From: Octopus bimaculoides
Lineage: Eukaryota
Length of the DNA: 64,000 bases
Direction of reading: 5' to 3'
NCBI RefSeq assembly: GCF_001194135.2
Contig: NC_069004.1
Coordinates: forward strand, 15,141,983-15,205,982
The notes below the pieces were generated by a model that had not been told where the DNA came from, made no database searches, and saw only the letters and a list, made by a program, of their open reading frames with translations. Shown piece by piece: positions 40,498 to 52,783 of the stretch (positions are counted from its first letter, which is position 1; the number at the start of each line of letters is the position of its first letter). A program made the position numbers and the translations under genes.

Positions 40498-41360
40498 NNN
40501 NNNNNNNNNNNNNNNNNNNNNNNNNNNNNNNNNNNNNNNNNNNNNNNNNNNNNNNNNNNNNNNNNNNNNNNNNNNNNNNNNNNNNNNNNNNNNNNNNNNN
40601 NNNNNNNNNNNNNNNNNNNNNNNNNNNNNNNNNNNNNNNNNNNNNNNNNNNNNNNNNNNNNNNNNNNNNNNNNNNNNNNNNNNNNNNNNNNNNNNNNNNN
40701 NNNNNNNNNNNNNNNNNNNNNNNNNNNNNNNNNNNNNNNNNNNNNNNNNNNNNNNNNNNNNNNNNNNNNNNNNNNNNNNNNNNNNNNNNNNNNNNNNNNN
40801 NNNNNNNNNNNNNNNNNNNNNNNNNNNNNNNNNNNNNNNNNNNNNNNNNNNNNNNNNNNNNNNNNNNNNNNNNNNNNNNNNNNNNNNNNNNNNNNNNNNN
40901 NNNNNNNNNNNNNNNNNNNNNNNNNNNNNNNNNNNNNNNNNNNNNNNNNNNNNNNNNNNNNNNNNNNNNNNNNNNNNNNNNNNNNNNNNNNNNNNNNNNN
41001 NNNNNNNNNNNNNNNNNNNNNNNNNNNNNNNNNNNNNNNNNNNNNNNNNNNNNNNNNNNNNNNNNNNNNNNNNNNNNNNNNNNNNNNNNNNNNNNNNNNN
41101 NNNNNNNNNNNNNNNNNNNNNNNNNNNNNNNNNNNNNNNNNNNNNNNNNNNNNNNNNNNNNNNNNNNNNNNNAAGTAAGAGTGAGAGAAAGTTGTGGTGA
41201 AAGAGTACAGCAGGGTTCGCCACCATCCCCTGCCGGAGCCTCGTGGAGCTTTAGGTGTTTTCACTCAATAAACACTCACAACGCCCGGTCTGGGAATCGA
41301 AACCGCAATCCTATGAGCGCGAGTCCGCTGCCCTAACCACTGGGCCATTGCGCCTCCACG

Positions 41361-43835
41361 TTCAAAATACTAGAACACAACCAATGAACGCGATGTGCTG
41401 AGAAATTTCTCCAAATCTTGAGAATAATCAGTTTGTCACACATGAGGAGGTGATAGAGGCTATAGTGGACTGCAGCAGTGGTAAGGCGCCAGGCCTCAAT
41501 GGTCTACCGTACGAACTATATAAGAGTATGCCAGGCTTGTTCGGGCACATACTGGCTAGTGTTTACGCAAACTGGCTGCAGAATGGGTTAATCCCCGATC
41601 TGTGTGCCGGGAAGAGGTGACGCTGGTCAGGAAGGACCCAGACAAGGAGGATAGTATAGATAACTTTAGGCCCATCACTCTGCTGAACGCAGAGATGAAG
41701 ATTTTGGCTAAGGTGTTGGCAAAAAGATTGACATGTGTCGTGGGTGGCCTGATTGGGGAAGCACAAACATGTGCGATCCCTGGTAGAACCATTCAGGATA
41801 ATCTTCATCTTATATGCTACACCATAGAAGGGTTTGGTAATAAATCTGGTAAGGGCGAGGCACTGGTTTATTTAGACCAAGCTAAAGCATTCGATAGGGT
41901 AGACCATCGCTACCTGATATCTGTTCTCGTGCGGTTCAGACTAGGTCTTGGCTTCCTTAGGTGGATCATACAGTTGTATGACAATATCAACTCAATCGTT
42001 CGGGTGAACGGCTTTCTCACAAAGCCATTCTGTATCAAGCGTTCGGTTCGCCAAGAATGTCCACTCTCACTGCTTTTGTACATGATGGCCCTTGAGCCGT
42101 TGCTGTGAAGGCTGAGTGGCATCCTGACGAATCCAGGTGGTGGAGGATCGGTTTCAGCTTACGTGGACGACATCACTATCATCAGGACCAAGATGTAACA
42201 CCTACAGAAAGTAGGCGAGACCATCATGGCTTACAAGACGGTGGCAGGAGCAAAGATTAACTGGGAAAAATCAGTCGGCTTGCAACTTGGCACCTGGAGG
42301 GGTGAGTTGATGCCTTTGAATAGCGTNNNNNNNNNNNNNNNNNNNNNNNNNNNNNNNNNNNNNNNNNNNNNNNNNNNNNNNNNNNNNNNNNNNNNNNNNN
42401 NNNNNNNNNNNNNNNNNNNNNNNTCGTGGGACACTGGACGGAGGCTGTTAGGAATCTGGTCTGGCCCAGATCTCCAGATAGAAAAGAACTGGACTGAGGC
42501 AGCGAGCAAGGTGAGCCTCAAAGTCAAGACCTAGTCTTGGCAGTGACTATCCTTGAAAGGGAGGGCGGCGGTGTCCAATGTGTTTATCACATCGGTCATC
42601 GTTTACCACCTAACTGTTGTTCCTTGTCCAGATTCGTGGTTGGGCAAGTTGGAGAGGCAGATCTTCCACTTTTTGTGGAAGAGCTCCGGTCTACTTGTGA
42701 GGTGTTCTATCTGCTGTCAAAAACCGTTAAAGGGTGAGTTAGGGATGCCTTGACTGTTGATGCGCAAACATGCATTAAGGTTGAGGCACCTCTGGCTTTA
42801 CCTGGATGGTGAACGGGTGTGGTCTCCACTTGCAAAACGGATGTTCCCCAGGTTCACTAGTTTTGGTGGAAGAGAAAACTGGTTTCATCGAAGATCGAAG
42901 TTGGGTACAAGTTATACAGAGTGTCGCAAGGCTCTCCTCCATTTCTGCAACTCGGGCAATGCCAGTGGTTTGGGTACCACCATGGTTTTCTATAGTAGGT
43001 TGGTAGAGGCTGGAAACGATGATGCCCTGGGGAGGACCCTGGGTCTTGATGATAATCAGTTGGACAGTCTGTTCCGCAGAACATTCGGGCCAAAGACACT
43101 GGATAATTTCAAAAGGTCTATGGCCTGGCAGTGTTACCAAGGAGCCCTACCAGTTCAGGATAAGCTCACTAGACACAGTCATCCTGGCCCATCGGCCTGT
43201 CCAAGATGCGGGCGGGATGAGGAAACTGTCCCACATGCTATTGTTCAGTGTCCAGGTGTGTCAGAATTGTGGGCTTATACAGAACACCTTTTGTCAGATG
43301 TGAGGAAAGTACAGCTATCGTCTGTGTCAATTTTAAAAACTGACCCACCAGATTTCCTTACGGAAGAAGGTAAGAATTGTTTTCTCGTGGTAGTAGCAAT
43401 CGCAAAAAGAGGTGATTTGGAAGTCGAGGGTGAAAGGAGTAATGACAGGTAGCTTCGTCTCCGGCCTCACATTGGTGAAGGCCTTCATCTTTCATCTAAA
43501 AAGGAAAGTGGGGCTATAGAGAAGGTGCCTGTCAGTGAGAATGTATAAAAATAGATGGGTACGTGTAGCACGAATGTTGGTATGAAAGACTCTGCATGAA
43601 CACGCTATAAAGGTTACCAGAAGGTGTCAGTAGAGAAACAGGGTTCACGGGGTCGGGGCGCTAACCTGTTTTAATACCTGATTTTTTGTCTTTTATTGTT
43701 TTGTAATTGTCTTTTGTCTATCATACGATTATCATTTTTGCGCATCTTAAAATCTTATAACCATCCGTATGTATCTGACCCCAACCAGGCTGCATTGTCC
43801 CCTCTATATGTCTCCTTGTGGGAAATAAAGAAATA
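41361..43835 (+). mobile_element. 5'-truncated L1/Tx1-clade non-LTR retrotransposon, disrupted ORF2
   Basis: RT motifs GKAPGLNGLPYELYK, NFRPITLLNAEMKILAKVLAKRL, LDQAKAFDRVDH, SVRQECPLS and AYVDDI; C-terminal zinc knuckle CPRCGRDEETVPHAIVQC; stops and frameshifts; AATAAA near 43825. Confidence 0.88.
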
Positions 43836-43860
43836 GCTTATATAAAATTGTCATGCCTCA

Positions 43861-44035
43861 GATTACTGAGATGAACTTACCAAGGATATATATACAAACT
43901 TTAAATTTTTTTACCAAAGTCTACCTGCATAAATCAAAACTAGTCATGGATTACTGAGATGAACATACCAAAGCTATATATACAATCTTTAAAATTTCAT
44001 ACAAAAGTCTACCTGCATAAATCAAAACCAGTAAA
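43861..44035. repeat. 88-bp tandem duplication
   Basis: GATTACTGAGATGAAC...CTACCTGCATAAATCAAAAC at 43861 and 43949. Confidence 0.85.
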
Positions 44036-44667
44036 TTTTAATCTATTTTTCAAAAATACTTCTTCATATATTTTTCTAATTTTAAAACAACATTCAATAT
44101 ATTATAAAAATGTTATCTTCTCCATCTCTGACGAGCGGAAGTATTGTTTATCAATGTGTATCAACAATGGATTCCATTATAACGATAATACTTTCGTGAA
44201 ACGATCATATGATGCATTAATTAACAAATTTTTAAACTGTCATGTTTCATATATTTACATATATTTTTAATACAATACTACTTTAGACACATGTATCTTC
44301 GTGAGAAATTTTTTTGATATTAAATTTCATGCTATTGTTTCAAAATACAGTATATATAATCGCTCATATTAATGTCTAAATACTTTATAGTTTTAATATT
44401 TTTGACACTTATACAAAGAGCACTCATAAATTCAGTGTATAATATTCTAACAGAATATACATAATTAATGATATAGAATTTTGTCAGTGAACAGGTCACA
44501 GTCTCAAAGCAACGAAAGTATTTTGACAAATTAAATTTAAATGTTGAAGTGAATCTAACTGATTTTGTGTGTTATTTTAAATGGCTTATAAACACCTTCC
44601 ACGCTGCAATTGTTTTCGTTCCAGCACACGATCTCAGATCAGGTCACTTGCTATGCAAGTGCATCTC

Positions 44668-44709
<42 letters not shown>

Positions 44710-46899
44710 GAGTAAGTACATACATATAAAACAAGGTGGGGAAAATAGTACTTGAATACCAGAGGTAGAATAATATGCTTCATTATTAAAGCTGCAAAAG
44801 CATCACAAAAATATCACAAAAAACTGCTACTCCGAGTTTCATGTTCCCATTTGTTGGGCAGGTGTGATCACAAGTGCCTGACGAATGGGAGATATTTTTG
44901 TGATGTTTTTGCAACTTTAATAAAGTGTATATATAATACATACATAAATGAAAGTGTGTGTGTGTGTGTGAAAGAGAGAGAGAGAGAGGTGGAGGGAGAG
45001 AGTGAGTGCAATGTAGTTAGCACAATAATTCATTAAGTTTATACCCGTATGAAATAGAGTTGAAGATTGAAGAATATTTTACTCAACCAAAGGCAAGGGA
45101 GATAACTCAAAGAATATTTGAAATAGATTGCCAAACCAGATTCCACACGTATGCATACACACTCACACATGGACATACACACGTAAAGCAATCTTTCTTC
45201 CCATGCATACGAAGAGTCGAATGTATAGAAGGGGATTTAATAAATTATAACCCTCACTGTTAGAATATAAATGATGGAAATAGAATTCAGAGCTATAGGT
45301 TTTCTTCAGCTATCCAAGAAATAAAGGAAGTCCAGGATTTAGTTCTGATAGCTGTGGAAGGAGCTAGCTGAAAGTTCAATTATTCTACAAGCAGGTGTCC
45401 AGGGTTCAGTTTAGCTACTCAAGAATAAGGGGGTCTAGGGTTAACTGTAGCTACCAATGGAAGGAGAGGTCTAACTACCAAGAAATGAAAGGGGCCCATG
45501 GTTCAGTTAAGCTAGCCAGGAGCGATAAGTGTTCAGTGTAGATATGGATCCAGAGTTTATTTGGTATGTAACTCAACTCATCCTGGACACTGATAAAATT
45601 TGATGTTTAATATGAAAACTCTTCAACTTATTTGAGATAAAGTGACAACCTCCTAACACTTTGTCAAATGAAATGTCATACTAAAGTGAAAGTGGGGTCA
45701 AAAAAAGAAATCGAAGGAATAGGTCTCTGTTGAAGTCGAGTCAAGAAAACCCAGCTGAGGTTATGAGAAAGGTTGCATTAGGGTCAAAGGAAATGGTCAT
45801 GCAGTAATAAGGTCAACCTCAATTATATTGCTGACAACAAAGACGACAAATTAATAGAGTTCACAAACATATGCACACATTTGGAAATGTATGCAGATAG
45901 CTGGATTCACACACACAAACACATGTTGAGATCGATGTAACATAAATATTTCACACTAATATAGAATGAGCAAAATGAAATGCAAGTTCTGAGCCTAAGA
46001 ATATATTAGAGCACTAATTAGCAAAATGTATTTATTCTGTTACTTAGTGTTCTAATTAGTGCAGAATTCAATGCAGAATTGAATACATATGATGTACTTA
46101 AAATCCACTAATTATGGTTTTGCTTTATGTTGCTTGTTTCAGAATCACTTGTATTTCCATTGTCACTTTTTCAATCATTGCTTTTCATCTGATTGCATTA
46201 CTGCAATAGAACCGACTTTGTCTTTCATCCTTTCAGGGTCGATAAATTAAGTACCAGTTGTGTACTGGGGTCGATCTAATCGACTGCCCCCCATTCCCCC
46301 AAAATCTCAGGCCTTGTGCCTAGAGTAAAAAAGAACATCTTTGTATGTCTTTGGTCTCTGTGTCATTTCTTCTTTGTAAACACAATGTTGTCAAGTTTAA
46401 CAAGCTACATTATCTTAAATCTTAGTTCACTTCTTATTCAGCTACCTTTTATTTCATATTCGTAGCAAACACTTCCCCCTAGAATATATCATCTCCACGT
46501 TTTTGCCTTCCAACACCTGCTTCTGGATTCACATTTGAAATGTGAAGGTGGAGAACAGTCATGGCAGTAGGCTGATGTTAAATGTTTCTCATTACTTGAC
46601 ATTGTGGTTATGAAGTGTAAAACATAATGAACAATTTGATAACGATGATAATGCTGAGTCAAACAGTAGGTATTCTAAGAGTTAATTAAAGCTTAGTTTA
46701 ATTTATTATCCAAAGATATTTGAATATGAGCAAGGACTATTCTTTGAAGTATCCAAAATATTAAAGAAAAACAAAGAAAAACAGAATTTTTACTCAGAGT
46801 AAAGATGAAGCAGGTGTTATTTAGCAAGGAGAACTTTAAGAATCAGTTAGTCAAAAGGTGTAAAAACAAATTCCTCACAAATCAAGCTCCAACTCTGAA

Positions 46900-48500
46900 A
46901 ATCAAAATTCTTTTCTTGCTGCAGTTCATGTTAAACATCAACCATTTCTTTGAACCAGTTCCGTATCCTTTGGTTATTATGCTTCTATCCACACGGCTCT
47001 CAGATTGTGTGAGTTCACTCATTTGACTTATTTTCTTCATTATTCAGTCACGAGGTGGAGGACCAAGAACTTTTAGTGAAATCAGTTTGGATATGTATAG
47101 GCAGGCTGAAAATATCAGATTTAACCCTTAAAATGTTGGAGTAGGAGCATTACGTCGCCATATGAGTTTTCTCCTCTCTCAATGTGACACAATAAACCTG
47201 CAGCTACAAGGGAGAAAACTCTACAGCGATATAATGGACTTAAGTGTGTTAAAGATTAACAAGGATAACAATAATTAGGTAAACCTTGATGGCTTTTATT
47301 TGTCGCTCCTGTGAAGGCTGGGAGCAGTGCAAAACTGTTTCTTTGATGTATAATGACTGAATCTTTATGCTGCTTTGGTGGGAATTAGGTCGTTATGTCC
47401 CCATAGATGGAATGATTGTGGTGTTCAAAGGAGGAGACAGAATTGGTACAGTGACAGAAGGTTTACTAAGTCAGAGGAGCAGAAGCCATTGCAGGAGAAG
47501 TAAAAGAGACAGAGCAAAAAAATAATAATAATTAGGTTTAGGTGATTGGGTATTTGCTAGGATTAGTATGGGACAATTGTGTAGCAACAGCATTGCCTCA
47601 CATATGACAACATTACTACTAAGTGGAGTATATCAGTAATTAGGGCCTAATCAAGCGGAAATATTCCCTGATTCTGAAAAGGACATGTGATGTTTGGGAT
47701 GCAATCTTTGCTATATTATATATTCAAGATTGCAACGTGAGATCAGATATTGTGAGGCTAAACATTTATAGATACCATCAGGGATTTACTGATTAACTGT
47801 CTGTGTGTAATACAAAAAAGAAACTGTTTTCTTAAATGTGTATTAATTGAACATTTGTGTTGGTTGCTCACAGATGAATGCCCTATTTAGAGGAGGATTT
47901 CAAAGTCTCTAATCACAGAAGAATGAGTCTGGCATGATGGAAGCCTATAAACAAGGTAACTTAGCTAGGAAGTCCTCATGCAAGTTGGAGGCTTTGCAGA
48001 TGTCAATGGCAACAATATTGCTTTCAGCAAATTTCTCCTGGTAGGGCTCTTTGGAAAATGTAATGAGAAAGGAGAAAAACCTCGGAATAAATTGGTCCAT
48101 GGAAACTGCATCAAGAAAGGAGAATATCATGGAAAAGCATGCCTATGGAAACTCTATTCAGAAGAGATCTTTGGCAGAGTTTGTTAATGGAAACTTTATT
48201 GAGAATAGACATTGAAGATGATATTTCCAATTTCTAAATTTTGGATATGACAGTACTAGAAGTGTGATTGGTAGGGTGAAAGAGTTTACTTTTCTTGGGA
48301 ATAAAACATATTGCCATGTGTTTTAATAAGCTGGGATATTCCACAATGTGTGAGAGAGAGAAAGATTGAACAGTTTAGAGAGGGTAAGATCTAGTTTGGG
48401 TACACACTATTTGAGGCCCTGTCATTGATACAAAGTTCCTTCATGATAAAAACCTCCCTGCTGGTGACGGTGACTTCATTAAGGTGTTACAACTGCAAGT
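46900..48500 (-). mobile_element. Decayed LINE (Jockey/I-group-like RT)
   Basis: FAESNIVAIDICKAS...LAKLP resembles the RT motif VALDISKAFD...LLAKL; heavily degenerate. Confidence 0.5.
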
Positions 48501-50451
48501 AGACCATCAAAAAGGGATCTATTACTAAGGTGATAAAAGGCTATGGTAAGCTACGTAACAATGCTTACAAGAACATTGCATAGCAAGTTACTCAAAGATC
48601 AGCAGAGAAAAGCCTTGAGAACATTTTTTAAAAGTGTGTTGCTGATGGGAAAAACTCGTTTGCATATAAAAGTTGGTGTTTCTTTTAACAAGGTCGGGCT
48701 CAGAACTTTTGAATCAACCCCTAAATATTGACACATAAACATCCATCATTTAGATTAGTAGTATATTACTTGAGCAGATCTTTCTACAGATATTATAGCC
48801 CACACATACGTCTGTGTACATGTGTGTCATCACTGATATAATATATTCTATATTCATATACACAATTTACAACTGAGATCAGAGTGATGTATATTATTTG
48901 CTAATTTCTCTCTCTCTCACTCATTTTCCCTCTCTCCACACTAACATACATGAGATCACTATATTTATTCATACATTTATACACACACACACACATATGT
49001 GTATATGTGTGTGGATGTGTGTATTTGTATATATGTGCATATATTTGTATATAAGTATATATATCTGTGTGTGTGTGTGTGTGTGTGTAAACACATATTG
49101 CCCCTGAGTTTGAAACAGAACACTGGTAGAAAACTGAAATTGTGTAAAATGTTTACAGACAACAAGGATGATGATGATGATAATGATGTTGATGATGGTG
49201 ATGATAATAAAACTGTACAGAATAAAAAAAACAAAACGGTGAAGATGAGTGAGTGTGCGGCAGATTATGACATCATTTCAGCTGAAGTATAGCCACCATC
49301 AAGGTTGATACAATAAGAAGGAACACATTGTGGATATTGCAATCTCACAGTTTAAAACATACTATTCATTATAGGGAGATGGCAGTTAACTCTTCTGATT
49401 GTCATTTAATTTACATCATTGAAATTGTCAGTGAAAAATAGTTTTGTCGTTTCAGATCAATATAATCACTACCCAAAACAGACACCACAAACACACATGC
49501 ACACACACACATGCACATTCAGACACTCACATGCACTTGAATCAATGAAAGAGCTTCTTGGTAGCTGCTCACTATACTCAATATAAGAGCTAAATCTCCT
49601 TCTAGCATCTTTAGAATGGAGATCACATTTTTTTTCTTTTTTCTTTTAAGGATATCTTGCATCATAAATAAATACAGAATAAAGATCAACAATATAAAGA
49701 GGATGGCCACAATATATACACTGATCAAATAAGGGAATTCAATCCAAACTGACATGCTGGACCTCTTATATTTGCATATTCAGGGTGACGGGCCCCGTGA
49801 ATTACTGCTAAACATTATATCAGCACCACTATGTTAAACAGCAATAAACCTTATACATACCTCACTCACACGCAATCATTATCATTATTATTATGATATC
49901 TATGAGTTCCACGTTTCTGATTGAACAATTGGAAACATAAAACAGTTATGACTGAAGAAGCTTTGGCTTCTAATAAAACAGGCACGCTATTTTAAATTCT
50001 GAGCACTTGCCCCATTTGTAAATGCAAATAATCAATCAATCCAGATACATACATACATACATATATATATATATATATGTATGTATGTATATATATTACA
50101 CACAGACACACACTTATATACAAAATAGAATACAGTTAAATAAAACAAGTCCTTGAACTGGAATCCAGTCTTCTAGTCAGGAACAAATATAATTTTTGAT
50201 TTTGTTTTTGCAATACAGCCCATCTTGTCTTTTTTTTTTTAATTCTTTTTTCTGGGGGGTTAGGGCTTTCAGCTGCTTCCAGAAATAAGTTAAATGGTAG
50301 GAAAATTGAAGAAAGACTCTCTCAAAAATTCTTTATGAATGGTGAGTAGACTTTGGTGAGCAATGAGAGAATTGCTAGAAATTATAAAGTAGTGAAAATG
50401 ATTTTAGTAAAATGCAAGGAGGTGATGGTGGTGGTGGGTATTTTTTTAGCC

Positions 50452-50742
50452 TTATTCTAGAACTAAGGCACTGTTTAAGAAAATGTTCATAGTGATTTCG
50501 GAATCAGTGTCATTACCTTTACTGCTGCCATCTGGTAGTTCCCGTCGTCCTGGCAACAGGAACACTATTGATGTGGCAATGAGTACATGCCAGATGCTGT
50601 GAACATATTTATAATTTGTTTCGGTCTCAAACAGTGTGAACAAAAGAAGGCCCACCAGAGCCAGTAGCACTCCGGGTAGTAAGCAGAAGACGTATCGACG
50701 CCACGTTGGGTAACAATGATGCCTCAATCGACATTGGTAACC
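50452..50742 (-). CDS. TMEM8: TMEM8/PGAP6-family gene, last coding exon
   Basis: GYQCRLRHHCYPTWRRYVFCLLPG...NYKYVHSIWHVLIATSIVFLLPG...VLE-stop; HSIWH is the C-terminal HxxxH motif of CREST-superfamily hydrolases. TTTCAG acceptor at 50743-50744; 291 nt, phase 0. Confidence 0.93.
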   Translation of the reverse strand, partial: GYQCRLRHHCYPTWRRYVFCLLPGVLLALVGLLLFTLFETETNYKYVHSIWHVLIATSIVFLLPGRRELPDGSSKGNDTDSEITMNIFLNSALVLE

Positions 50743-50859
50743 CTGAAATGAAGGAGATTGTAAACACTTTTAAAAATATGTATGTATGCGTGTGTATGTA
50801 TGTATGCATGCATGTGTGTGAGTGTATACACTAAATATACTAATATATATATGCATATG

Positions 50860-51620
50860 GATGAGGACAGCTGTGTGAAGAAGTGTCACACCCTAACAGT
50901 GAAGGGAACCTGTGGAAAAGGTAGACCCAGGAAGACATGGAATGAGGTAGTGAAGCACAACCTTCAAACATTGGGCCTCACAGAGGCAATGACAAGCAAC
51001 CAAAACATTTAGAGATATGCTGTGCTTGAGAAGACCTGGCAAGCCAAGTGAGGTCATAGCCATGGCTGATGCCAGTGTCGCATAACTGGCCTGTTTAAAA
51101 GCACCCTTCAATCATTGGGCAATATGCTGTGCTTGTGTTAAACCAAGTGAAATCGTAGTTATGGCCGATGCCAGTGCCACCTGACTGGCACCTGTGCTGG
51201 TGGCATGTAATAAGCACTGTTCAAGCGTGGTTGATGCCAGTGGCACATAAAATGCACCATTCAAGCGTGACTAATGTCAGTGCCTTCTGACTGGCACCCG
51301 TGTCGGTAGCACACAAAAAGCACTATTCAAGCATGACCAATGCAAGTGCTGCCTGACTGGCACCTGCGCCAGTGGCACATAAAATGCACCATTCGAGCAT
51401 GGCTGATGCCAGTGCTGCCTGACTGGCTCTCATGCCAGTGACACATAAAAGCACCCACTATACTCACAGAGTGGTTAGCATTAGGAAGGACATCCAGCTG
51501 TAGAAACCTTGCCAAATCAGATTGGAGCCTGGTGTAGCCTCCTGGCTAGCCAGTTTGCAGTCAAACTGTTCAACCCATGCCAGCATGGAAAGCGGACGTT
51601 AAACGATGATGATGATGATA
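50860..51620 (+). mobile_element. 3' end of an RTE LINE with complete 3' UTR and (GAT)n tail
   Basis: MDEDSCVKKCHTLTVKGTCGKGRPRKTWNEVVKHNLQTLGL (RTE C-terminal GRPRKTW) runs through tandem subrepeats into ...AGGAAGGACATCCAGCTGTAGAAAC...GGAAAGCGGACGTTAAAC(GAT)n. Confidence 0.85.
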
Positions 51621-51624
51621 TATA

Positions 51625-51945
51625 CATCAGTCAGTCTACAGAGACTACAGGCCAAGACCAAGGTGGAAGAAGACTCAATGCATGACTTCCTGTCTACAGA
51701 TGACTGCACACTCAACGCTGCCACAGAGGGTCATATGCACCAGAGCATGAACAGCTTTCCCACTGTCTGCAACAACTTTGACCTCACAATCGGTACTCAG
51801 AAGACAGAGGTCAGGTACCAACCTGCCCCACAAAAGCTGTTTGTGGAACCAACTATCATTGTTGAAGGGGAAACCCTGAAGGTCATTGATAAGTTCATGT
51901 ACCCCGATAGCACACTCTCCAGATCTGTGAATATTACACTGATAA
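51625..51945 (+). mobile_element. RTE (BovB-like) LINE RT fragment
   Basis: LQAKTKVEEDSMHDFLSTDDCTLNAATEGHMHQSM...NFDLTIGTQKTEVRYQPAP...DKFMYPDSTLSR. Confidence 0.82.
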
Positions 51946-52035
51946 TTCCTAATTAGAAGGCAGTAATCCTGAGCAGCAATAATTGACAAAATACAGTTAA
52001 ACAAGACACAAAACTGCTAAAAGCTATTTACTTAC

Positions 52036-52299
52036 CCAAGATAAGAAGACCATTCCTATACCAAGTACTAAGGGAACAACATTTAAAAGTAAACTATGTT
52101 TGTCATAGTCAACAGCTAATGCCAAGAACAAGGCACCCATCACATCGAATATTGTCCGAAGTTTATCAGGCAGGCGAGCCATGGCCATTAATGTTACCCA
52201 TACTGCCATATAGCTACCAAGAAAGTCACTGAAGCTCAAAACATCATATTTCATCATACAATATTGGTACAAGTTGCTGGCATCACATGCGTGGTACAC
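52036..52299 (-). CDS. TMEM8: TMEM8/PGAP6-family exon (transmembrane region)
   Basis: VYHACDASNLYQYCMMKYDVLSFSDFLGS...FLSW; YHACD is characteristic of the TMEM8 family. TTCCAG acceptor, GTAAGT donor; 264 nt, phase 0 to 0. Confidence 0.94.
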
Positions 52300-52398
52300 C
52301 TGGAATAAAAAGAAGAGTTACAACGTTAAACAGGAGTGTGAGTTCTTCTTTTACAGTTGAGATGAAGGTATAAATTTACCTAGATTAGAGAGGGTAGT

Positions 52399-52783
52399 TG
52401 TTGTTAGCACTCCATCACTTACGACGTCGAGGGTTCCAGTTGATCCAATCAACGGAACAGCCTGCTCGTGAAATTAACGTGCAAGTGGCTGAGCACTCCA
52501 CAGACACATGTACCCTTAACGTAGTTCTCGGGGATATTCAGCCTGACACAGTGTGACAAGGCTGGCCGTTTGAATTACAGGCACAACAGAAACAGGAAGT
52601 AAGAGTGAGAGAACGTTGTGGTGGAAGAGTACAGCAGGGTTTGCCACCATCCCCTGCCGGACCCTCGTGGAGCTGTAGGCGTTTTCACTCAATAAACACT
52701 CACAATGTCTGGTCTGGGAATCGAAACCGCGATCCTATGACCGCGAGTCCGCTGCCCTAACCACTGGGCCATTGCGCCTCCAC
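52399..52783 (-). mobile_element. Chimeric SINE (OR1-like head with a different tail) with TSD
   Basis: AGAGAGG(G/A)TAGT at 52387-52398 and 52784-52795 flanks the whole unit. Confidence 0.8.

Noticed and set aside
40332-41336. Long ORFs of 260-330 aa (also at 7656-8051, 27011-27613, 34247-34597, 35233-35735)
   Set aside because: They consist of N-gap (X) runs and (TA)n/(CA)n microsatellite translations.
41173-41360. tRNA genes at the A/B-box-containing heads (also 10870-10945, 52700-52783, 58273-58345, 59697-59770)
   Set aside because: No complete cloverleaf or acceptor stem could be built, and each continues into a shared repeat body; these are SINE-type heads.
49519-49755. Hydrophobic 78-aa ORF downstream of the TMEM8 stop
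   Set aside because: Low-complexity T-rich sequence in the probable 3' UTR, with no recognisable family and no splice support.
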